Below, one piece after another: positions 41,039 to 49,387 of a stretch of DNA of 64,000 bases (its first letter is position 1; each line of letters begins with the position of its first letter). The DNA is from Bacteroidales bacterium. GTDB lineage: Bacteria > Bacteroidota > Bacteroidia > Bacteroidales > UBA4417. Under the pieces are notes generated by a model. That model saw only the letters and a program-made list of their open reading frames with translations. It was not told the DNA's origin and made no database searches. A program made the position numbers and the translations under genes. The stretch is taken from contig JBBQSY010000003.1 of the NCBI GenBank assembly GCA_038213495.1, forward strand, positions 2,455 to 66,454. Reading direction: 5' to 3'.

Positions 41039-41072
41039 TAGTGTCAGACACCCTTCGGGTGTGCAGACACTA
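41039..41072. repeat. GTGTC-type REP-like palindrome (related copy at 47797..47840)
   Basis: tagtgtcagacacc-cttcg-ggtgtgcagacacta. Confidence 0.7.
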
Positions 41073-41076
41073 ATAT

Positions 41077-41700
41077 CTACGTCAAAGATTTCTCAAATTT
41101 ACCATCCGCATTTTTCTCAAATCCCAGTTTGGACAGGTATTTGGCATATTTATCGCTTTTACAATCGGCAATCACTTTGGTAAAGCCGTCTGCTATCAGG
41201 CGTTTTCGCAAATGAAGGTAGATAAACTTTCCGTTTTTAAAATCACGGTATTCCGCAATCACATAATCGAGTCCGACTGACAGGCTGTTGTCTTCCTGGC
41301 GGTGGGCCAGGAAAACTCCGGCAACGGCCATATTGCGCAGAACAAAAAAGCTCATCGTATTCATTTCCGGCTGGTATGCAAATCCCGGAAAGAAATGTTG
41401 AATATCCTTATCGTGAAATTGGAGGAAACGAACCAGGTACTTGTTTTCAGCCCTGACCTCCAGTATTTCGAAAACCTCTTTCTTTGAGTAAATGGAGTAC
41501 AGGTAATATATGTCGACCATGGCAATAAACGCATTCAGAAATCCGACCGGCATTGCTCCGATGAGAAATCCATACGTCGAGAATGTAATGGCTCCGGCAA
41601 GGTTTATCCATCTGAATTTCAGAATGGAACTCATTGTCATTGAAACAGCAATGATTACCGAGGCTATATAGCCAATCCATTGTAGCAGGGATATTTCCAT
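41077..41700 (-). CDS. YgjV-like membrane protein with a soluble GNAT-like C-terminus
   Basis: WIGYIAS..SMTMSSILKFRWINLAGA TM module, then LDYVIAEYRDFKNG..YLSKLGF. Confidence 0.6.
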   Translation of the reverse strand: MEISLLQWIGYIASVIIAVSMTMSSILKFRWINLAGAITFSTYGFLIGAMPVGFLNAFIAMVDIYYLYSIYSKKEVFEILEVRAENKYLVRFLQFHDKDIQHFFPGFAYQPEMNTMSFFVLRNMAVAGVFLAHRQEDNSLSVGLDYVIAEYRDFKNGKFIYLHLRKRLIADGFTKVIADCKSDKYAKYLSKLGFEKNADGKFEKSLT

Positions 41701-41724
41701 AAAATAATTTTATAAGCCAAACGT

Positions 41725-41813
41725 ATTTGCGATTTACGAATGACGAATGACGATTTACGATAAGCAATATCTCAATTAGTACAATGAGTAGTAAATCGAA
41801 CCCCGTAAATCGT
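41725..41813. repeat. Inverted tttacga heptamer element
   Basis: atttgcg atttacg aatgacg aatgacg atttacg ... gtaaatcgaaccccgtaaatcgt. Confidence 0.7.
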
Positions 41814-41867
41814 TGCTGTCAAAAAAATGATCGTAAAAGGAGGACAAAGTTAGATTAAAAATCGCCA

Positions 41868-43133
41868 CTACCGCATTTTTGCCCAAAGCTTCTCAGCCTG
41901 CACTTTGGCAGAGGCAAGGATTTTATCTTCGTCTACAGTTAGGATTTTCCCGTTTTCAACGACTAGTTTCCCTTGCGAAATAACATGTTTTACATGTTTT
42001 GATTCGAGTCCGAAAACAAAATGCCCGTAGAAATTCCCCTGGTTCATAGGTGTTGGTGTATCATAGTCAAGAACTACCAGGTTGTTTGGTCCATGACCTT
42101 TAAATCCATTGCTGTTCAGGTATTTATCAGCATTCCTGAAACGCTCATACACGCTGTCGTAACCAATTGTATCGAAATTCTGTCCGACAAAAAATGCTGC
42201 TTTTGCACTTCGGAGCATATCGCTGTGCATTCCATCGGTGCCCATCATGATATTTTTCCCAAGACCCGCTGCATTAAAGTAGCCTACTTTATTATTCAGG
42301 TTGCTTTCCGTATTTTGCACTACCCATACCGGACTTTGAGAGATTATTTTCTTTTCGTTTTCGCTCAGGTGAAGGCAATGCCCCAGAATGGTTTTGGGTG
42401 ATTCGAGTGCACCAAATTTCTGCAAACGCTCAATTACACGCATCCCATACTTATCCATGCAATGTTGCTGATCGCTTAACGCCTCGGCTACATGAATATG
42501 AATACCTGTATTATACCGTTTTGCCAGCCTTACTGCATTTTGCAATGTATCATCCGAAACGGTAAACGAAGCATGCAACCCGACCAAGCCCTGGTTATCT
42601 TCCAGGTATTCTGCCGTTTCCATGAATCCTTCCTCAGCCTTTTCCATACCGTCGCGGTCAGTAATTTCGTAACAAAGCAGGTGTGATGCTCCCACTTTTT
42701 CGAAAGCGTTGGCAATTATTTCGAGTGATCCGCCTATCGAATTGGGCGAAGCATGATGATCAATAACGAATGTTACACCGTTTTTCAAAGAAGCCATAGC
42801 TGTATAAAGCGCGCTGGCTTCAATCATTTCGACATCGAGGCATTTATCGAGTGTCCACCAAACGTACTCCAGGATTTCGTTGAAATTTTCAGGATTTTTC
42901 TTTGGAGCGCCCATTCCGCGGGCTAAAGCAGAATATACGTGGTGATGTCCGCAAACGAAAGACTGGGTGATGTATTTGCCGGCGCAGTCAAGGATCTTGA
43001 TGTTTGGATCAGAAGGAATCTCCTTAATAAATTTTATTCCACCGTTTTCACCTTCTTCAATCAAAAGATGTGAAGTAGTGAATTCGAGGGTTTCGGGATT
43101 GATGTAGGTTCCGTTTTTGAGCAGAATTGACAT
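41868..43133 (-). CDS. ssnA: SsnA-like amidohydrolase
   Basis: CGHHHVYS, DHHAS, LCYE, GLHAS, HIHVAE and GTDG motifs; located in a ygfK/xdh cluster. Confidence 0.82.
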   Translation of the reverse strand: MSILLKNGTYINPETLEFTTSHLLIEEGENGGIKFIKEIPSDPNIKILDCAGKYITQSFVCGHHHVYSALARGMGAPKKNPENFNEILEYVWWTLDKCLDVEMIEASALYTAMASLKNGVTFVIDHHASPNSIGGSLEIIANAFEKVGASHLLCYEITDRDGMEKAEEGFMETAEYLEDNQGLVGLHASFTVSDDTLQNAVRLAKRYNTGIHIHVAEALSDQQHCMDKYGMRVIERLQKFGALESPKTILGHCLHLSENEKKIISQSPVWVVQNTESNLNNKVGYFNAAGLGKNIMMGTDGMHSDMLRSAKAAFFVGQNFDTIGYDSVYERFRNADKYLNSNGFKGHGPNNLVVLDYDTPTPMNQGNFYGHFVFGLESKHVKHVISQGKLVVENGKILTVDEDKILASAKVQAEKLWAKMR

Positions 43134-43135
43134 TT

Positions 43136-43265
43136 AATTTACGATTTACGATTTACGATTTACGATTTACGATTTGCGAGGTACGATTTGCGAGGTACGA
43201 TTTAGGAATTTTAGTGCTAAGTAATCTTGTGATTATTCGTAAATCGTCATTCATAATTCGTAAAT
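43136..43265. repeat. Direct repeat C: inverted tttacga heptamer element (partner 43771..43917)
   Basis: (atttacg)n arm, core tttagtgctaagtaatcttgtgatt, and attcgtaaat arm. Confidence 0.85.
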
Positions 43266-43719
43266 AATTCCGGGTTTCCTGCCCGGTCATGCGTTGTTGT
43301 ATCCACTTTTCACTGCGGCCAAGCTTTTGCCAGTTTTCTCTTGCTCTGTCGATACTTTGGGACGGATCGGAGATTTCCTGCATACGTTCGTAGCCTGTTT
43401 TTGCCAGCCATTGTTTGAATGGTTATGCTTTGGGCGAAGGAATGGATTGAATGATCCGAAGTAATTGCTGAGTATTGGCACAATCAGTTTCTCTCAGTTT
43501 TCCATCCGTTGCTGGTAATTTGAACTGTCGACAAATTGTCGACAGTTCAACTCCGTCTTCCAGTTTTACCCTAAGTTTCATTTTGAACCAATAGTCGCGG
43601 GGATTGCTGGTATCGGTTAGTATATTGACCACATCAATAACTGAAAAATACCATTGTTCTTCTTTCTTTTCCCAATAAGTGCGAACTTTCTTATGTTCAA
43701 ATAATTTTATAGGTACCAT
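43266..43719 (-). pseudogene. Bro-N / phage-antirepressor-like gene relic
   Basis: IKLFEHKKVRTYW..WYFSVIDVV..RIIQSIPSPKA*PFKQWLAKTGYERMQEISDP..QRMTGQETRN. In-frame TAA at 43423 and truncation at repeat C. Confidence 0.82.
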
Positions 43720-43770
43720 GACCGATATTTTTAACCTGATTATCGCTTTTAAGTACAAATGTCGATAAAC

Positions 43771-43917
43771 AATTTACGATTTGCGAGGTACGATTTACGA
43801 TTGGGGTGGATTTGCAATTTACGATTTATGATTTACAAGGTACGATCTACGAGGCACGAACTTTAGTGACAAGTAATCTTGTGATTATTCGTAAATCGTA
43901 AATCGACATTCGTAAAT
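43771..43917. repeat. Direct repeat C'
   Basis: Same core tttagtgacaagtaatcttgtgatt with heptamer arms; abuts the xdh stop. Confidence 0.85.
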
Positions 43918-46469
43918 TATTTTAAAGGCAATTTATATCTTCTCTCTCCGTCAAAATCACAAAACGCATTTGCAACCGCAGCAGCAGTCGGCACAAGGCC
44001 AATTTCACCTAAACCTTTTGCGCCATAAGGACCAACCGGATCTTTAACTTCCACACCTAAAACTACAACTTCCGGCATATCCTTGGCTCTCAGAATTTTC
44101 AGATCGCGCATTTTGGTGGAAACAAGTTGTCCGTCAATCATCGGTAAATCTTCGGAAAGTGCGTAACCCAAACCCATATGTACAGCACCTTCAATCTGTC
44201 CTTCGAACATCACAGGGTTCATAATTTTACCTGCATCATGCGCCGCATATACAGTCTCAATTTTCCCATTTTCATCAAGCACAACCAACTGGGTGGCATA
44301 ACCGTAGGAATAATGGGTAATAATTTCTTTCACATCAGCGCCGGGTTTGGTGGTCCAGTCGCAGGTGTAATTGCCTTTATAGGTTTTGCCGGAAAGCTCC
44401 TGTAAACTGTGAGATTTGAGATCCTCACGAATTTGTATTGACGCATCCAAAATGGCATTCCCCAGCAAGGCCGTAGCTCGCGACGAAGTAGTCATCCCGG
44501 TTGGTATTCCAGCGCTTGTGTCGGCAATAACATCAATGATTTCAGGATGGATTCCGGTTTCCTCGCATAATACCTGAGTGGCTACAGTATGAACTCCCTG
44601 GCCCATCTCGGTCCAGCCATGCTGAAGAACAACATGGTTCCCGGATTTAATTTCGATGATCACATCGCTGAAATCGGCCATACCATTACCTACGCCACTG
44701 TTTTTTATGCCACAGGCAAGGCCTTTAAAACGGGCTTTATCATAAAAAGGTTTAACCGCCAGCAATGTTTCCTTAACACCAACTCCTTTATGAAGCACTT
44801 GCCCGGTAGCTGTCATCTTGCCTTCGCAAAGAGCATTTTCATAGCGAAACTGCCAGCGGTCGAAACCACCTTCTTTACAAAGCTCGTCGATGCAGCCTTC
44901 GAGGGCAAAAGCAACCTGGTTGGCACCAAAACCGCGCATGGCACCGTTTGGGATGTTGTTGGTATAAACAGTAAGTGCTTCGAGATTAACACAGGGAAAA
45001 TGATAGGCGCCGGTAGCATGGCCTGCAACACGCTCCATTACTTTAGTGCCAACGGATGCATACGATCCGGTATCGCCAACGGCATACAGTTTCAGGCCGG
45101 TGAGTTTACCGGTTTTGTCGCAACCAACTTCAATGTCCATATAAACCGGGTGGCGTTTCGGATGCATGCGGATGGACTCGTCGCGCGACAGAACAACTTT
45201 GACGGGCTTTTTCAGGTGCCAGGCAAAAAGCGAGGCATGTCCCTGAACAGTCATATCTTCCTTCCCGCCAAAACCGCCGCCTGTCGAAACCAGAGTAACC
45301 CTGACTTTTTCTTCGGGAAGATTCAATAAGGAAGCCACCTGCTTTCGGTCAACATAAATGCCCTGTCCGTTCGAATACAGGTGAACGCCATCTTCAAGTG
45401 GCATGGCAACGGCTCCTTCCGTTTCCAGGAACGCATGTTCAATCCGCTGTGTCTGGTATGTGCCTTTGGCAATAAAATCGGAACCTGCAATAATCTCGTC
45501 GGCATTTCCGCCACGATAAACCCTGCAGGTTTCGAGCAGGTTTTCACGATCCGGATGAACCTGTAACGCGCGGGGTTTTATAGCTTCGTGGGGGTCAGTT
45601 ACCGGCTTGAAGACTTCGTAAGTAACTTTTATCCGTTTTACAGCTTCGCGGGCGATATCTTCAGTTTCGGCAACAACGCCTGCCAGCACATCGCCGATAT
45701 AGCGTGTGGTTTCGCCGGTTTTTATCATCAATGGCCAGTCTTTGGTAATCAGGCCAACAAATCGCTCGCCGGGCACATCCTGAGCTGTATATATCCTGAC
45801 AACACCTTTAATTTTGGAAGCCTCCGAAACATCAATTTCAAGAACCCTGGCTTTCGGATGTTCCGAAAAACAGAGTGCGCCATGCAACATACCGTCAAAT
45901 TTCAGGTCGTTCACAAAAAGGCGTTTCCCGACGGCCATTTCATAGGCTTCGTATTTCGGATAGGAAGTGCCGACTTTGCCCGAAAGGCTTGTAGATGTTG
46001 AAAATACCTCCGATTTAAGCCTTTGAGCGGATTCGTGAATTGCATCTATTATTTTAACATAACCGGTGCAGCGGCACAGGTTCATCGCTAGGGCTTTTTT
46101 GATTTCCTCCCGACTGGGTTCAGGATTTTTCTGTAGTAAAATATTGGTACGCATCAGGAAGCCGGGCGAACAAAAGCCACATTGTACGGCACCTTTTTCG
46201 ACAAATGCCTTTGCCAGGACATCTCTTACGTTTTCGGGCAGACCTTCAAGTGTGTTGATGCTGGCATTTTCAACCTTTTTCATGGGCGTAAGGCACGATA
46301 ATTTTGCTTCGCCGTTTATTTCGACCATGCATGCCCCGCAAGCTCCCTGGCAGGAACAGCCATCTTTTACGGATGTAATATTTTTATGGATTCTCAGGAA
46401 TTTCAGCAGGTTGATTTCCGGATCTCCGTAATACTCCTCTGCTTTCCCATTCAATTCAAAATGTATCAT
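43917..46469 (-). CDS. xdh: Xanthine-dehydrogenase-family molybdenum hydroxylase (2Fe-2S plus Mo domains; selenium-dependent Xdh-like)
   Basis: CSCQGACGAC, QCGFC, NLCRCTGY, GGGFGGK, AMRGFG and GAKGLGE motifs; no FAD domain. Confidence 0.88.
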   Translation of the reverse strand: MIHFELNGKAEEYYGDPEINLLKFLRIHKNITSVKDGCSCQGACGACMVEINGEAKLSCLTPMKKVENASINTLEGLPENVRDVLAKAFVEKGAVQCGFCSPGFLMRTNILLQKNPEPSREEIKKALAMNLCRCTGYVKIIDAIHESAQRLKSEVFSTSTSLSGKVGTSYPKYEAYEMAVGKRLFVNDLKFDGMLHGALCFSEHPKARVLEIDVSEASKIKGVVRIYTAQDVPGERFVGLITKDWPLMIKTGETTRYIGDVLAGVVAETEDIAREAVKRIKVTYEVFKPVTDPHEAIKPRALQVHPDRENLLETCRVYRGGNADEIIAGSDFIAKGTYQTQRIEHAFLETEGAVAMPLEDGVHLYSNGQGIYVDRKQVASLLNLPEEKVRVTLVSTGGGFGGKEDMTVQGHASLFAWHLKKPVKVVLSRDESIRMHPKRHPVYMDIEVGCDKTGKLTGLKLYAVGDTGSYASVGTKVMERVAGHATGAYHFPCVNLEALTVYTNNIPNGAMRGFGANQVAFALEGCIDELCKEGGFDRWQFRYENALCEGKMTATGQVLHKGVGVKETLLAVKPFYDKARFKGLACGIKNSGVGNGMADFSDVIIEIKSGNHVVLQHGWTEMGQGVHTVATQVLCEETGIHPEIIDVIADTSAGIPTGMTTSSRATALLGNAILDASIQIREDLKSHSLQELSGKTYKGNYTCDWTTKPGADVKEIITHYSYGYATQLVVLDENGKIETVYAAHDAGKIMNPVMFEGQIEGAVHMGLGYALSEDLPMIDGQLVSTKMRDLKILRAKDMPEVVVLGVEVKDPVGPYGAKGLGEIGLVPTAAAVANAFCDFDGERRYKLPLK

Positions 46470-46476
46470 AAAATAC

Positions 46477-47715
46477 TCAGATTTTATCTTTCAGAAACTT
46501 TTCAACCGCTTGCATGTCCGGCGAAACCGGCTGGGGAATTTCAAAAAGCGGTTGAACAGCATTCAGATCTTTGAGCCCGCTCCCTGTTAATAAAACAACA
46601 TGGGTTGAGGCTTTTGGAATCATGTTCCGGTTTTTGTAGTCGAGGAATCCTGCAAAAGCTGCTGCAGCAGCCGGCTCGGTGAAAATACCGGTATTTTTTG
46701 CCAGGATGGACGATGCTTTCAGGATATTATCATCAGAAACCGTAAGCGTTTGTCCATAATATTTGGTAATATATCCGGCTGCCATATTGAAATTTCGTGG
46801 AATATCCACCGAAATGCTGTCGGCAATGGTCTCTGATGGGGTAACCCGGAATTCTTCTTTGCCTATATTTTCGACCAGGTTACTGCTGCCTGCAGCCTGA
46901 ACGGCAATGATAACGGGCATTTTGTTAATTATTCCCATATGAAGTAAATCTTCAAAACCTTTATATACACCCGAAATAATTACGCCATCGCCAACAGGAA
47001 CGAAAATAAAATCGGGAATCCGTTCATTCAATTGGCCGAAAAGCTCGAACGAAACGGTTTTCTTTCCTTCGATTGTTAGAGGGTTGAAAGCGGTATTGCG
47101 GTTGTACCAGCCAAAGCGTTTGGTTGCCTCAATACTCAGGTCAAAGGCCGTATCGTAATTTCCGTTTATGGGAACAAGCGTGGCTCCGTACATCATAATT
47201 TGGGTGAGCTTCGCTTTCGGGGCAGTTGCCGGAACAAAAATTACGGCTTTCTGCCTTTGAGCAGCACAAATCCCGGCAAGGGATGAACCTGCATTTCCGG
47301 TAGAGGCCGCAACAATGGTATTAATCCCATTTTCTTTAGCGAAAGCTGAAACTACTGCCGAAGCCCTGTCTTTAAACGAAAATGTCGGATTTTGGGAGTC
47401 GTCTTTCAGATAAAGTTTAAAGTCCAGATTTTGGCTGTCCAATGAAATGATATCATAAAGAGGGGTGTTTCCTACGCGCAGATTCGGAAAGCTTTTCAGG
47501 TCGTTTACAGGTAATAATTGCAGGAAATTGTTCTGTTCCAGTTCGAGGAATGATATCCCGGATATTTTTTTATAATCGTATACGAGATTCAATACGCCAA
47601 GAGGAGGTTGCCCCGGTAATTGTTTTGGGCTGCATTTTGGGCACAGATAAACGATTTCCCCGGCAGGGATTTGCTTCCCGCAATCGGAACATTGGTATAG
47701 GAATTTGGAGGTCAT
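46477..47715 (-). CDS. Threonine-synthase-like PLP (fold II) enzyme
   Basis: N-terminal CSDC..CPKC, NPTFSFKDR, ASTGNAG, EGKKT, PVGDG and LTGSGLKD motifs. Confidence 0.85.
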   Translation of the reverse strand: MTSKFLYQCSDCGKQIPAGEIVYLCPKCSPKQLPGQPPLGVLNLVYDYKKISGISFLELEQNNFLQLLPVNDLKSFPNLRVGNTPLYDIISLDSQNLDFKLYLKDDSQNPTFSFKDRASAVVSAFAKENGINTIVAASTGNAGSSLAGICAAQRQKAVIFVPATAPKAKLTQIMMYGATLVPINGNYDTAFDLSIEATKRFGWYNRNTAFNPLTIEGKKTVSFELFGQLNERIPDFIFVPVGDGVIISGVYKGFEDLLHMGIINKMPVIIAVQAAGSSNLVENIGKEEFRVTPSETIADSISVDIPRNFNMAAGYITKYYGQTLTVSDDNILKASSILAKNTGIFTEPAAAAAFAGFLDYKNRNMIPKASTHVVLLTGSGLKDLNAVQPLFEIPQPVSPDMQAVEKFLKDKI

Positions 47716-47723
47716 TGTTTTTA

Positions 47724-47840
47724 AGTGCTTGGTGCATAGTGCTTAGTGCATGGTGCCTTGTGCCGGAAATAGACAAAATCCGGAACCCGGAACCTCTGTA
47801 AAGTGTCTGCACACCTTTTTCAGGTGTCTGACACTTTACA
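47724..47840. repeat. gtgc-heptamer array plus GTGTC REP-like palindrome
   Basis: agtgctt ggtgcat agtgctt agtgcat ggtgcct; tgtaaagtgtctgcacacc-tttttca-ggtgtctgacactttaca. Confidence 0.7.
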
Positions 47841-49314
47841 TGTTTTTCAGTACTCCTGTTTCCTCGTTAAATTCGTTGATCATCTCATCCCAGCGTTCTG
47901 ACTGCGTAAAAAGCTTGTTCCAGATTTCGCGGTCGTACCAGAGTTGATTCAAATCTTCGAGATCTTTTTCCTGTTGTTCGATCCAGGTAAAGTATTTCAG
48001 GTTATGAATAGCTTTGCGATCGTAATAGCTGAGTTCTTTCAGGTTATCTGTGGCCTGTCCGAAAAGGCATTTTTCCATATCCTTTGCAGCCTGCAATGCA
48101 GTATATGGTCCTTTTTCAGCATTCAATTCCTCAAGTCGCGACACATACATTTCGGCTGCATCCGTGGCCAGGCTGAAGATAACATCCTCGCCTGTCATTT
48201 CATAGTATTTTGCAGTTTTGATAGCAGAAAGTATGTTGGCAATGCCTGAAATACCAATTAATTCAAGTTTGTCGACCAACTGAGAGTCGACACCGCAGGA
48301 TTTCAGGTGTTTTTTTCCTTCCGGTTCGTTGAAAAGCCGGAAAAGGCGCATGCAGTCTTCATCGTCGATGGCTGTGACCACATCTGTATTTTTTGCGTTA
48401 TGAACCCATGGCACATGCTTGTCGCCGATACCTTCGATGCGGTGGCCACCAAAACCGTTATTGAGTAAAGTTGGGCACTGTAGGGCCTCAGAAGCAACAA
48501 TTTTCATTTGCGGGAATTGCTTTTTCAGGTAATCGCCGGCGGCAATAGTACCCGCAGATCCTGTAGCCGAAACATAGGCTGTCAGCTGGCTTTTCGGGGA
48601 TTTTACAGACTTAAAAACCTCCTCGATAGCAGGAGCCGTGACATTATAGTGCCAGGTAGGATTGCCAAACTCATCAAACTGGTTGAAGATCACACAGTCC
48701 TTGCGGTTGCGGCGGATGTCCCAGCATTTGTCGTAAATCTCTTTCACATTGGATTCGCATCCGGGAGTTGCAATAACTTCGGCGCCAATTTCTTTGAGCC
48801 ACGAAAAACGCTCTTTACTCATTTCTTCAGGGAGAATAGCTACCGCTGTAACATCCATCAGGTGTGAGTCGAAAGCGCCGCCCCGGCAATAGTTGCCTGT
48901 TGATGGCCAGACGGCTTTATGATAAGTCGGGTCGAATTCGCCTGTGATAATGCGCGGTGCCAGGCAACCATAGGCGGCACCCACTTTATGTGCACCCGTA
49001 GGGAAGTATTTGCCAACCAGCAGAATGATGCGCGTTTTTATGCCGGTAATCTCGGAGGGGATTTCCAGATAATTCACGTCGCCATACAGGCCACCTTTGG
49101 TAACAGGCTGATTTTTCCAGGTGATTCTGAAAAGATTTGCCGGGTGTAGATCCCAAAGCCCGATGTTTTTCAGTTGATTTTTAATTTTTCCCGGTACAAG
49201 ATCCGGGTTGCGCATTTGTTCGAATGTGGGAAGTACAATGCCTTTTTCGCGAAACCGCTCAATGGCCTTTTGCCTTACTGCGGGGTTTACAATTTTGTCA
49301 GTTAGTTTAATCAT
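47836..49314 (-). CDS. PLP-dependent fold II (cysteine-synthase-like) enzyme of unknown substrate
   Basis: PTGAHKVG (PLP Lys), STGNY, NQFD, TGSAGT and HRIEGIG motifs. Confidence 0.8.
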   Translation of the reverse strand: MIKLTDKIVNPAVRQKAIERFREKGIVLPTFEQMRNPDLVPGKIKNQLKNIGLWDLHPANLFRITWKNQPVTKGGLYGDVNYLEIPSEITGIKTRIILLVGKYFPTGAHKVGAAYGCLAPRIITGEFDPTYHKAVWPSTGNYCRGGAFDSHLMDVTAVAILPEEMSKERFSWLKEIGAEVIATPGCESNVKEIYDKCWDIRRNRKDCVIFNQFDEFGNPTWHYNVTAPAIEEVFKSVKSPKSQLTAYVSATGSAGTIAAGDYLKKQFPQMKIVASEALQCPTLLNNGFGGHRIEGIGDKHVPWVHNAKNTDVVTAIDDEDCMRLFRLFNEPEGKKHLKSCGVDSQLVDKLELIGISGIANILSAIKTAKYYEMTGEDVIFSLATDAAEMYVSRLEELNAEKGPYTALQAAKDMEKCLFGQATDNLKELSYYDRKAIHNLKYFTWIEQQEKDLEDLNQLWYDREIWNKLFTQSERWDEMINEFNEETGVLKNM

Positions 49315-49387
49315 ACGTTAATCATTTACGCTACAAAGTTATGAATGTAATACGGGTATTTAAGTTAATTTCTGAAAGTGAAATTCA

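Noticed and set aside
43153-43383. 76-aa independent ORF
   Set aside because: The first half is the post-stop remainder of Bro-N; the rest is translated heptamer repeat.
8861-43425. Genome-wide TAA reassignment
   Set aside because: TAA terminates many core genes at their expected ends (fusA, ilvC, leuA, plsX).
44589-45329. Long antisense ORFs (also 17935..18705, 36057..36590, 53885..54601)
   Set aside because: They lie entirely opposite well-conserved genes and show no recognisable motifs.
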